A stretch of DNA of 64,000 nucleotides, taken from the NCBI GenBank assembly GCA_040954595.2, contig CM082577.2:16809903-16873902 (forward strand), given 5' to 3'. The stretch is from Balanoglossus misakiensis (taxonomy: Eukaryota > Animalia > Hemichordata). Shown here piece by piece: positions 28,150 to 38,600 of the stretch (its first letter is position 1; each line of letters starts with the position of its first letter). The notes under the pieces are model-generated. The model was not told where the DNA came from. It searched no databases and saw only the letters and a program-made list of their open reading frames with translations. The position numbers were made by a program, and so were the translations under genes.

Positions 28150-31100
28150 ATGGAACATCACAAAGCAAACCTTGAGTGTTTGTGTAGATTGTGTGGTGCC
28201 GAAAAAGCCATACGACGTAACAACCTTCCTATAAAGAAAGAAGCGCATTCCATCACAATAAAGAGGGCATTGTCTATAGATGTCCTTGATGAAAATGGGG
28301 AAATATTCCCACCTTTTATATGTATGCCGTGTTCGTTAAAATTAAACCGGTGGAAAGAGAAGGTGCGTCGGAATAAATCTAAGGATTATCCAATTAACAT
28401 CAACCCTACCCCATTTGTGGAGCACACAAGCAGTTGTAGTTTGTGTACAAGTGACGGAAGTGACCAAGAACCAACACTCATATCTGTGATTGCTGACAAG
28501 GCAGACGAATATGGTTACATCAAGGTTGTTGGTGAACAGTCAAACAGTATTTGCTGTTTGAAGATTTGTAATCACACCAAGAAGATCTCCATCAGCATTG
28601 AAGTGCAAGAATCCGGGGTATGGACTGTGGGAGTGTTTGGAAGAGCAGCAAATGCCTCCCCAGTGTTTACTGGCATTCCTACAAGAATTGATGCGGAGTC
28701 CTGCTGTCATCTCTTCAAATTGTTGGAAACAACAGTCCCGTGCCCCGGAAACGTTGGCTTCAACGAGTTATGTCGGCTGAGATCACCCCACCAAAACTGT
28801 GTACTTTTTAACAAAGACAAAGATGTAATTGCAAATGAAGAAGATGGGCCATGCTGCAAGACAATAAGACACATTAAATGTGAACTTTTGTCTCCAGACA
28901 GTACATCACGGTGTACTGTTTGCTCTGTGTATCGCAACAATTTGAATGCATTAACAAAGAGGGAAATCAAAAAGAAATCGTCAGCTGGTCCTTCGGACAA
29001 GTACTCCTGCATCAGAAATGATGCATTGAGCCGGTCCACACTTGAACAGAAGACGAGAGACCTCCAAGGAGAGAAGCGAGCTTTGAAGAGAAGAGTACGT
29101 GATTTGAAAAGTCGCTTACGTAATGTGATCGAAGAAAAGGGTGAGGTTCTGAATGATGATCTCACGAAATCATTTTCAGCGATCATGGAAGAAAAGAATG
29201 AAGAGATTCTTTCAACATATCCACCAGGGAGCCCACACCATTTATTTTGGCAGCAGCAAAGGGAAGCCTTGTCGAGATCGAGTTGTCAAAGAAGATGGCA
29301 CCCTTTAATGGTTAAATGGTGTATTGCGCTGCATTCCAAATCACCAGCAGCATATCGATTTCTTCGAAAGACCAAAACTCTAGCCCTGCCATGTGAGACT
29401 ACTCTGACTATACCCGCATCACTTCATCCACTGAAGGAGTGATCACAGAAATCATCGAGAATATCGTGGACACAGCCGATAATATACCTGAATACCAAAG
29501 AAACGTGTCCCTGGTGTTTGATGAGATCAGGATAAAGAGTGGACTTGTGTACAAGAAGGACACAGGAAATCTTCTTGGTTTCTGTAAACTTGGAAATATC
29601 AATGACGAGATCATGAAGTTTGTTGAGAAGTTAAAGGAGGCTGGTGAGGATGATGACATGTATCAAGGTGATGATGGTGGCCCATTGGCCACTCATGTTC
29701 TAACCTTTATGGTTAGAGGTTTGTGTTCCCCACTTCATGAAGTTTTTGCCTGGTTTCCCTGTTGTGGCTTCAACAGCCAACAACTGTACTGGGCAGTGTG
29801 GGATGCCGTTGCAGTGCTGGAATGGGCCAATTTTAAGGTCAGGGCATTTGTCTCCGATGGAGCCTCACCAAACAGGAAGTTTTACAGACTTCACGAGAAT
29901 GGTGATGGTATAATTACACACTGCACTGAAAATCCGTACGACAAATCTCGTCTGATCTATTTCATATGTGATGTGCCACATTTGATCAAAACGACACGAA
30001 ACAACTGGGAAAATTCGGGATGGCACAACAGAACAAGACATCTTGAAGTAAGTATTCTTTAAAACATGGATAATTATTGCTTGTGTCAAATAATTTGGAT
30101 GTGAGGGAGATTAGTATTTATTCATGCGAATGATATAAATGAGCATCATTACAATATTAAAATTTAATGATGAGGAGTCGTTATCTATTGTGAATCAAAT
30201 ACGTCGGAGCGGTCACTGTATAGCGTGTGTATGATTTACATTAAAACTGACAAAGTTCACTGTGTCAACTTTACTTTTCAATTTCACTATCATTTTTTCA
30301 CTCAATGTGGTGGACTCACTGCATATGTGTTGTGTGTCTTTCATCAACAATTGTACATGTACTAATTATCTTTTTTTATTGTCAGTACCAAGGACAACAA
30401 ATCACCTGGGTCCAACTTGCCAACCTGGTTGAAGACGAAATTGGAAGTGGTACCACTGCACCCCTTCGAAAATTACCCCGTATTACCTATGAACACGTCC
30501 ATTTGACACCTTCACTCAGGATGCGGGTGAAGCTTGCAGCTCAGGTAATTTTGTCACATATATTCTATGAAAGACAGCATAAATTACCTATAAAAGCATT
30601 TCTGGTACATATTTTTCTACTCTCACAACAAAGCCTTCAGAGAAGTCTTCAACTTTCATCGTGTAGAAGTAAACAAATAATGTATGTGTTAATTGTAGAT
30701 GGGTCAGAATAGCAGTGATATTTACAATGTACATGTAGGCTATTGTTAAAAAAAGGTATGAATCATATAGCCTATTTTATTTTTAAATTGTTTTATTTCA
30801 TATTGGGGAAAAATTACAGGTCTTGAGTAGCAGCGTGGCAAAAGCACTGGAATCAAATGGCCGACAAGATACTAAATCAACAGAGAAGTTTATTTCAATG
30901 ATAGACCAGTTTTTTGATTGTCTAAATGTATCAAGATTAGGCCAGGGTCAGCGGTCCAGGAAACCTTGTTTGGAACCATACCGTGATGTCGAAGACTGGC
31001 GCTTTGAGGTGAGTTTAACCTTTCTACAACCATGGCTGGTCCCAAATCCATTGTTTTCATGGTAAAGTTGGACTTCCACACAGGGAACAGGGGCGAAATT

Positions 31101-32090
31101 GATAAAATGCTTTTGCAGATATAATTACGTGTTGTTCAAGTTAATCTGTAATCTCATTAATATTTATGGTTTCAGCATTTTCATTTGTATGTTGAAATTA
31201 ATATTATTAAAGTTTAACAATCTCAAAAATGTGCAAGTATCTTTAGCCAATCTAACAAATTTAACTTGGGCAAAAAGATAACTAAACTATTTGATTACCC
31301 ATTGCAATTTTTTTTCAAGGGTTTATATTTATTTTCTGTTAGATATTATTTTGGTCTCAACCTTCATTTCTCATTTATAGTGTTACAATCATAATAAGTA
31401 TTCAATATTGATTTGCAGTGGCTGGAGAAAGAATTTTTAGGATTCCTGAATGAGTGGGAAGAAGAGTGCATGGCGAGGGTAAACATCTCTCCAGTTGAAA
31501 GACGTAAGATGTGCCTTAGCAGAGAGACTCTAGAAGGCTACAGAATAACAGGTCTGTTTCTTTTTTTACTATTACTATATGGTTATTCACAAGACATGGC
31601 CAATACTTCTCGTACAATCCCATTGCATGCACTAACATATGGACAATTATACTGCATTTATCAAATCTTAAAGCTGCTTTCCCTTTTATTTAGTAAAAAA
31701 GATTAGCCTCAGTCAAGAGCATTTTGCATAAATGACAGTTTGACTTATCAAACTCCAGTTGTTGCCAATGAAGTGAATAACAAGTCTTGCTTCCTTTTTT
31801 CAGTGAAGTCTTTCGTGGCTCTGGGCAAGGAGTTGCTGACTATTGATGGTGTCAACTACCTATTGAGCGAAAAGCTGTCACAAGACCCCCTTGAGGAATA
31901 TTTCGGTCGGCAGCGTGGTTGTGTTGGCCGAAACGACAACCCAACATTTGCAGAGTTTACAAGAAATGCACTTTCCTTGCATGTTGCCGGCACGTATTCC
32001 TCAGCGATGAATTCCCGTGGTAATTGCCAGAATCTAAATAGGGACGATGGAGCTCCATGGACACACATGTTACATCACCGGCAGCGCTAA
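28150..32090 (+). pseudogene. P-element/THAP9-type DDE transposase (about 890 aa, 5 coding exons) with RAG1-N-like zinc domain; one frameshift
   Basis: Exons 28150-30047, 30386-30544, 30820-31008, 31419-31551 and 31804-32090 are joined by GT-AG introns that keep frame. P motifs: RWHPLMVKWC..LHSKSPAAY..LR...LALP, LVFDEIRIKSGLVY (D1), VSDGASPN (D2), FICDVPHLIKTTRNN, MRVKLAAQVLS, DQFFDCLN, LSQDPLEEYFGRQR..GRNDNPT (E), RGNC. There is a frameshift near 29405 in the expected TL(R)DYT motif. Confidence 0.92.
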
Positions 32091-32223
32091 CATGATTTAC
32101 TGTATAACCCAGTGCTTGTCAGGTTAAGGTTTTAGCTTTTTACAAAATGCACTTTCTGTTCAAACAGCTTATTCCTGCAAGTGTCCCAGAGATGTCAATC
32201 ACATGAATCTTGACACAATTTTT

Positions 32224-32781
32224 AGGTCGCATTTGGTTTATATATATATACCGGGTATAAACCATGGGACATTATGGGATCGGTTGCGTCTGTATGGATG
32301 GACGGATGTATGTCTGTATGTCTGTCCACATCACAAAGTTGAAAACCACTGTGTATATCACCTTGATATTTGGTGTACAGATGCAGGCTGGGCTGTAGAT
32401 GGGAGTTTGTTCAAATGAAGTTGTCATTGCCAAAATATGCAAATTAGCTGGAAAAATATGAATTTGGTCAAAACTCAGTAACTCAAGAAGTACCGGTCAG
32501 ATTGCTTTGCAAAGTGGTGTGCATTTACTTTGTGTTCTTTTAATTAGGGAGGAACCCCCACCATACACAGCAAATTCCTGCATGAGTACATAACTGGCTA
32601 AGTTTTAAAGAGACAAGCTGTTCTATTTAGTGTATGCAGCTTATGGGTCAGTCAGTGTTTGCCCATTGATCTCTCTCTCTATGTGTGTGTGTGCATTTGT
32701 CTGTATGTTTTCTGTATATGTACTCCGGTGAAGACTTTTTCTTGTGTAATCCCTCAATGGGACCACTGTGTCCTTGAGGCG
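32224..32781 (+). mobile_element. Non-autonomous Helentron/HINE (DINE-1-like) element, copy 1, between the two convergent genes
   Basis: Starts in a T-run with AGGTC(G/C)CATT, followed by a short inverted ATGGGAC and a GTAT/GTCT microsatellite. It ends with the subterminal inverted AATGGGACC, a short tail and a T-run. It is highly similar to 58631-59210 and to the start of 60274. Confidence 0.7.
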
Positions 32782-33587
32782 TTTTTAATGTTTAACATTG
32801 GCTTCCATGAAAGATGGTAGCAATGAAGCATTTTGAGAGTATGTAAAACCTGTAAATGCAAAAACTTATTAATCTGAGTGTATAATTTTAAGTAACAAGC
32901 CAAGATCACATTAGTATTCTTGATGCACATTTTCTTGGACATTGTTTTTATTAAGATTTTTCAATTTACAATTTCAGTTCATTGCAAATGCTTTTGAGGC
33001 AATTATCTGAAACGTCTCAGGTCTCGCAATATTTTTTTATATATATATTGTGTCATTTACACTTTTGTAACAAACTGAGCTATTTACTGTACCATTTTTG
33101 AGACAATTATTCTTGCCAACCTGTCCAGTGAGTCTTGCCAAGGTGTGTTGTCTTTATTTATATTTGTTCACACTGTCCAGAAGGACAGTATATGAAACAG
33201 TTTGAATTGATGAACAAATCCATACTTAATCCGCACCTTCAACAGTTAAAAGAGAAATTGCACCAATAAGTGTATGACACAAACAAGTCACGACTTCATG
33301 GTGTATAATTTATAATACATGTTGTTTATTTCTGAACATTTCCAAACTGTCAAGCTGCCACAAACAGAATAAGCATGGTACATATGCATAAAGGTGGACT
33401 GAAAGAAAAGGTAACTGCACTGATTCCCAGTTAAAGTACTTGTAAATTAGCAAAACATTAAATTCTTATGCAGGGGAACTTGAACAGACATCTCAGTACA
33501 GAACTTTATTGTGAAATTTTTACTGAAAATGATAAGATTTACACAAAGTCAACTTTCCATGGACACAGCTTTTACTGCTCATTACCT

Positions 33588-35302
33588 TTATTTACAAAGT
33601 TTCTTCCTCAAACTTTTCTCTCCTTTTTGTGACATATTTTTATCTTTTTTCTTGCGTAAGTACATCAATATGTTCACAAAGGAACGGCAACGTATCTCTA
33701 CATACATTTCAAGTACCCTTAGGTACAGGGAACCACCTAAATCATGGTCAAGATCTTGCGATATAATATGCCAACCACTTACTACAGAGGGCGACTTCTG
33801 AAGTGCCTCTAAAATTGCCAACTTAAGGTTGCTGTCTCGGTAAGCTCCAACATTCTTTACTGAAAGAAAACTCCTTGTAACCATCTCTACTCTCCTCAGA
33901 AAAAGATAGAAATCATCACTTACGAGAAACAATCCTCCCCTGTTTACTGCATCAACCCACTTTTTGGTGTACGTCAAAAATGAATACCGTAGGTCACTCT
34001 GTTGTGGATTTAATTCCCATTTACTCAGGAAAGCTAAACAAGCTGCTGCAGATGTATTGCTGGGGAATCTGCTGTAAAAACGTTTCAATTTGTGAGGAAT
34101 AAACCCTGCTACATAGCGCAACACCTGTTCCTCGCCTTTAGTTAGCTGTACATCATCCTGTTTGTTCACATTGGTACAGTCGACGCCATTACATTTTCCC
34201 TGAACCAATAGTTTTACAAACTCACTCACTACAAACTGGACAATGAAGGACAATACTCTACTTGAGACATTCATATTTGTACATGTGAGAAAATCAGCAA
34301 AGTAATTGTCAATAGTATTGTTCAATCTCAGACGATGGAATAAACTGCAGACACCTTCGAGAGACCTTGATGAAATATCTTCTATTGAAACACATGGCCA
34401 AACTTCCCTGATGACTTTGCATGACAATTCCTCCACACTGGGACATGGTGACTGCAGGAGACTAAACACTGGTTCCATTTCGGCTCCAAGTTGTCTGTTC
34501 AGTCGTAGCTTCCCACTTCTTTTAATGTTGTCAACAGCAACCGACATTAGCTGGAGGCTACACTGCAGCGCCATATCAATGGTATATGATGATGTACATG
34601 TTACTGTAAATAATAGAGACATACAAAGACATGTGGAGTTAGATACATATTTTAAAGTCAAAATGTATGCTAAAAAGTAAAAACCAGCTCTTCTTACCTC
34701 CATGCCAACAAAAACATATGCAATGTAATTTTCTGGCAAATTTGACAAGTAAAAAATATGTATTTTGGGGATTGCTGTATCCATGGAGATATGTTTGTAA
34801 TTTTCAAAACAAATAAAATGACTGAATTATCAACACATACCTTTTATCTTCTGCACATTTCTTTTTTTCTCCGGGGCATTCCTAGAATTCCTTGGTGCAT
34901 CATTTATACTACTGAATTCCTTACCTGTGGACAAAAAAAAAAAAAAATTGCACATAAACGCTTAACAATAAGTATTTGAAATAAAATGACCATCATAATC
35001 AAAGGATCGACGAACTAACACCAACCACACTAAAGGACACCGGAAAATGTAGTTTGAAACTCACCTAAACATTTAGGGCAGTACCACTTGCCTTCCGGAA
35101 TACTCTCACTTGAGACGCCAACACAAACATAGTGGTACCATTCCATGCTACAACTGCTATTGTCGCATGCGATCATCTCGTCAGTTTCTGGCCCTTCGCA
35201 GACACAAAAGGTTTGCGTAGATAATAATACAGAATGCTCTTCGATCGACGCTAAGTTTTCAGACTGATCGAAATCTCCAAGATTTTCAATGTGTGGATCC
35301 AT
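33588..35302 (-). CDS. Second gene of the P element: N-terminal ING-type PHD finger plus P-transposase C-terminal-domain-like region (445 aa, 3 exons, intact)
   Basis: Exons 35302-35065, 34924-34841 and 34603-33588 have phase-1 GT-AG introns (TTAG|gtgagt, ccacag|G, AAAG|gtatgt, ttacag|T) and total 1338 bp with no stop. The PHD is FCVCEGPETDEMIACDNSSCSMEWYHYVCVGV...GKWYCPKC. The C-terminal half has EEQVLRYVAGFI..KL, W.DAVNRGGLFLVSDDFY.F...E and YVEIR. Confidence 0.85.
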
Positions 35303-35662
35303 GTTTTCGCAAAGGATTTGTAATCATGGAGACGCGACGCCAGCTATAATTTGTATATCTACGCATGCGCTCAGCTTGTACGATTGTTCCCGAAGTACAC
35401 CGAATTCTCCCGAACGCCTATCAGTAGATAAGAGGATTAGGGCCGTAATGTTTATCTGCAAACAGATAAAAACGCACATGGGGTTCGAAGGAAACAATAG
35501 CGTCCTCGCTCCTTCTCTCTAGTACCTCCATGCGTAAACTAAGACAAAAAACATCAATTAACCAACAAAAGAGGTGTTGCCGTAACATCTCTGCTACAAC
35601 ACTGCTACAACTAGTGCGGGAACTTTCCCGTACAGTTTAGTTGTTGTACGGTGTTGGGACTG

Positions 35663-38600
35663 TAGTCTTTCGTGGGTATGGACTATCCAGTGTGCTGTTA
35701 AGTTCCCATTTCCGGTGAAACGTTTACCACACATTTTGCACTCATATAGTCTTTCATTGGTATGGACTCTCAAATGTGCTTTTAAGTTCCCATTTCGGGT
35801 GAAACGTTTACCACATATTTTGCACTCATGTAGTCTTTTTGTGGTATGGACTCTCATGTGTGCTGTTAAGTTCCCATTTCGGGTGAAACGTTTAAGACAT
35901 ATTTTGCACTCATATAGTCTTTCGTGGGTATGGACTCTCAAGTGTGCTGTTAAGTTCCCATTTCGGGTGAAACATTTACCACATATTTTGCACTCATATA
36001 GTCTTTCATTGGTATGGACTCTCATGTGTGCTGTTAAGTTCCCATTTAGGGTGAAACGTTTACCACATATTTTGCACTCATATGATCTTTCGTGGGTATG
36101 GACTCTCAAGTGTACTGTTAAGTTCCCATTTAGGGTGAAACGTTTACCACACATTTTGCATTCAAAAGGTTTTTCATTGGTATGGACTCTCAAGTGTGCT
36201 GTTAAGTTTCCATTTCGGGTGAAACGTTTACCACATATTTTGCACTCATATAGTCTTTCATTGGTATGGACTCTCAAGTGTGCTGTTAAGTTCCCATTTC
36301 GGGTGAAACGTTTACCACATATTTTGCACTCATATAGTCTTTCATTGGTATGGACTCTCATGTGTGCTGTTAAGTTCCCATTTAGGGTGAAACGTTTACC
36401 ACATATTTTGCACTCATGTAGTCTTTCATTGGTATGGACTCTCATGTGTGCTGTTAAGTTCCCATTTCGGGTGAAACGTTTACCACATATTTTGCACTCA
36501 TATAGTCTTTCATTGGTATGGACTCTCATGTGTGCTGTTAAGTTCCCATTTAGGGTGAAACATTTACCACATATTTTGCACTCATATAGTCTTTCGTGGG
36601 TATGGACTCTCAAGTGTGCTGTTAAGTTCCCATTTCGGGTGAAACGTTTACCACATATTTTGCACTCATATATTCTTTCGTGGGTATGGACTATCCAGTG
36701 TGCTATTAAGTTCCCATTTAGGGTGAAACGTTTACCACATATTTTGCACTCATATGGTCTTTCGTGGGTATGGACTCTCAAGTGTGCTGTTAAGTTCCCA
36801 TTTCGGTTGAAACGTTTACCACATATTTTGCACTCATATAGTCTTTCATGGGTATGGACTCTCAAGTGTGCTTTTAAGTTCCCATTTAGGGTGAAACGTT
36901 TACCACATATTTTGCACTCATATAGTCTTTCATTGGTATGGACTCTCATGTGTGCTGTTAAGTTCCCATTTAGGGTGAAACGTTTACCACATATTTTGCA
37001 CTCATATAGTCTTTCATTGGTATGGACTCTCAAGTGTGCTGTTAAGTTCCCATTTCCGGTGAAATGTTTACCACATATTTTGCACTCATATTGTCTTTCA
37101 TGGGTATGGACTCTCAATTGTGCTGTTAAGTTCCCATTTAGGGTGAAACGTTTACCACATATTTTGCACTCATATAGTCTTTCGTGGGTATTGACTCTCA
37201 ATTGTGCTGTTAAGTTCCCATTTAGGGTGAAACGTTTACCACATATTTTGCACTCATATAGTCTTTCATTGGTATGGACTCTCAAGTGTGCTGTTAAGTT
37301 CCCATTTCCGGTGAAATGTTTACCACATATTTTGCACTCATATTGTCTTTCATGGGTATGGACTCTCAATTGTGCTGTTAAGTTCCCATTTAGGGTGAAA
37401 CGTTTACCACATATTTTGCACTCATATAGTCTTTCGTGGGTATTGACTCTCAAGTGTGCTGTTAAGTTCCCATTTCCGGTGAAATGTTTACCACATATTT
37501 TGCACTCATATTGTCTTTCATGGGTATGGACTCTCAAGTGTGCTGTTAAGTTCCCATTTCCGGTGAATTGTTTACCACATATTTTGCACTCATATAGTCT
37601 TTCATGGGTATGGACTCTCAAGTGTGCTGTTAAGTTCCCATTTCCGGTGAATTGTTTACCACATATTTTGCACTCATATAGTCTTTCATGGGTATGGACT
37701 CTCAAGTGTGCTGTTAAGTTCCCATTTCCGGTGAATTGTTTACCACATATTTTGCACTCATATTGTCTTTCATGGGTATGGACTCTCAATTGTGCTGTTA
37801 AGTTCCCATTTAGGGTGAAACGTTTACCACATATTTTGCACTCATATTGTCTTTCATGGGTATGGACTCTCAAGTGTGCTGTTAAGTTCCCATTTAGGGT
37901 GAAATGTTTACCACATATTTTGCACTCATATAGTCTTTTGTGGGTATTGACTCTCAAGTGTGCTGTTAAGTTCCCATTTCCGTTGAAATGTTTACCACAT
38001 ATTTTGCACTCATGTAGTCTTTCATTGGTATGGACTCTCATGTGTGCTGTTAAGTTCCCATTTCGGGTGAAACGTTTAAGACATATTTTGCACTCATATA
38101 GTCTTTCATTGGTATGGACTCTCATGTGTGCTGTTAAGTTCCCATTTCGGGTGAAATGTTTACCACATATTTTGCACTCATATAGTCTTTCGTGGGTATG
38201 GACTATCAAGTGTGCTGTTAAGTTCCCATTTAGGGTGAAACGTTTACCACATATTTTGCACTCATATGGTCCTTCGTGGGTATGGACTCTCATGTGTGCT
38301 GTTAAGTTCCCATTTCGGGTGAAATGTTTACCACATATTTTGCACTCATATGGTCCTTCGTGGGTATGGACTCTCATGTGTGCTGTTAAGTTCCCATTTC
38401 GGGTGAAATGTTTACCACATATTTTGCACTCATATAGTCTTTCATTGGTATGGACTCTCATGTGTGCTGTTAAGTTCCCATTTCGGGTGAAACGTTTACC
38501 ACATATTTTGCACTCATGTAGTCTTTCGTGGGTATGGACTATCCAGTGTGCTCTTAAGTTCCCATTTAGGGTGAAACATTTACCACATATTTTGCACTCA

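Larger units (their letters stand above)
27184..35532 (+). mobile_element. P-superfamily DNA transposon, full length (8349 bp), with two convergent genes
   Basis: Perfect 32-bp TIRs CATGGAGGTACTAGAGAGAAGGAGCGAGGACG at 27184-27215 and 35501-35532. The 7-bp TSD CGTAAAC is at 27177-27183 and 35533-35539. CAT termini and a 7-8 bp TSD are typical of P elements, and the element encodes a P-type transposase. Confidence 0.96.
23238..35662. mobile_element. Non-autonomous TIR DNA transposon inserted in a zinc-finger unit (TA target duplication); host of nested elements
   Basis: The ZF unit cactcaTA|gtctttcg is split as cactcaTA TA[CAGTCCCAACA...TGTTGGGACTG]TA gtctttcg. The TIR is 11 bp perfect and continues imperfectly (ACAACTA..TGTAC). 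TA is at 23236-23237 and 35663-35664. Subterminal short repeats (TTGTAGCAG, CTACGGGAAC, GCCGTAA) are present. About 2.8 kb remains after removing nested elements, with no transposase. Superfamily (Tc1/mariner or CMC/EnSpm type) is not resolved. Confidence 0.88.

Noticed and set aside
27184-35532. A true RAG/ProtoRAG (Transib) transposon
   Set aside because: The catalytic core motifs, CATG termini and 7-bp TSD are P-type. There are no CAC heptamer-like TIRs or 5-bp TSD, and no kelch repeats are visible in gene 2.
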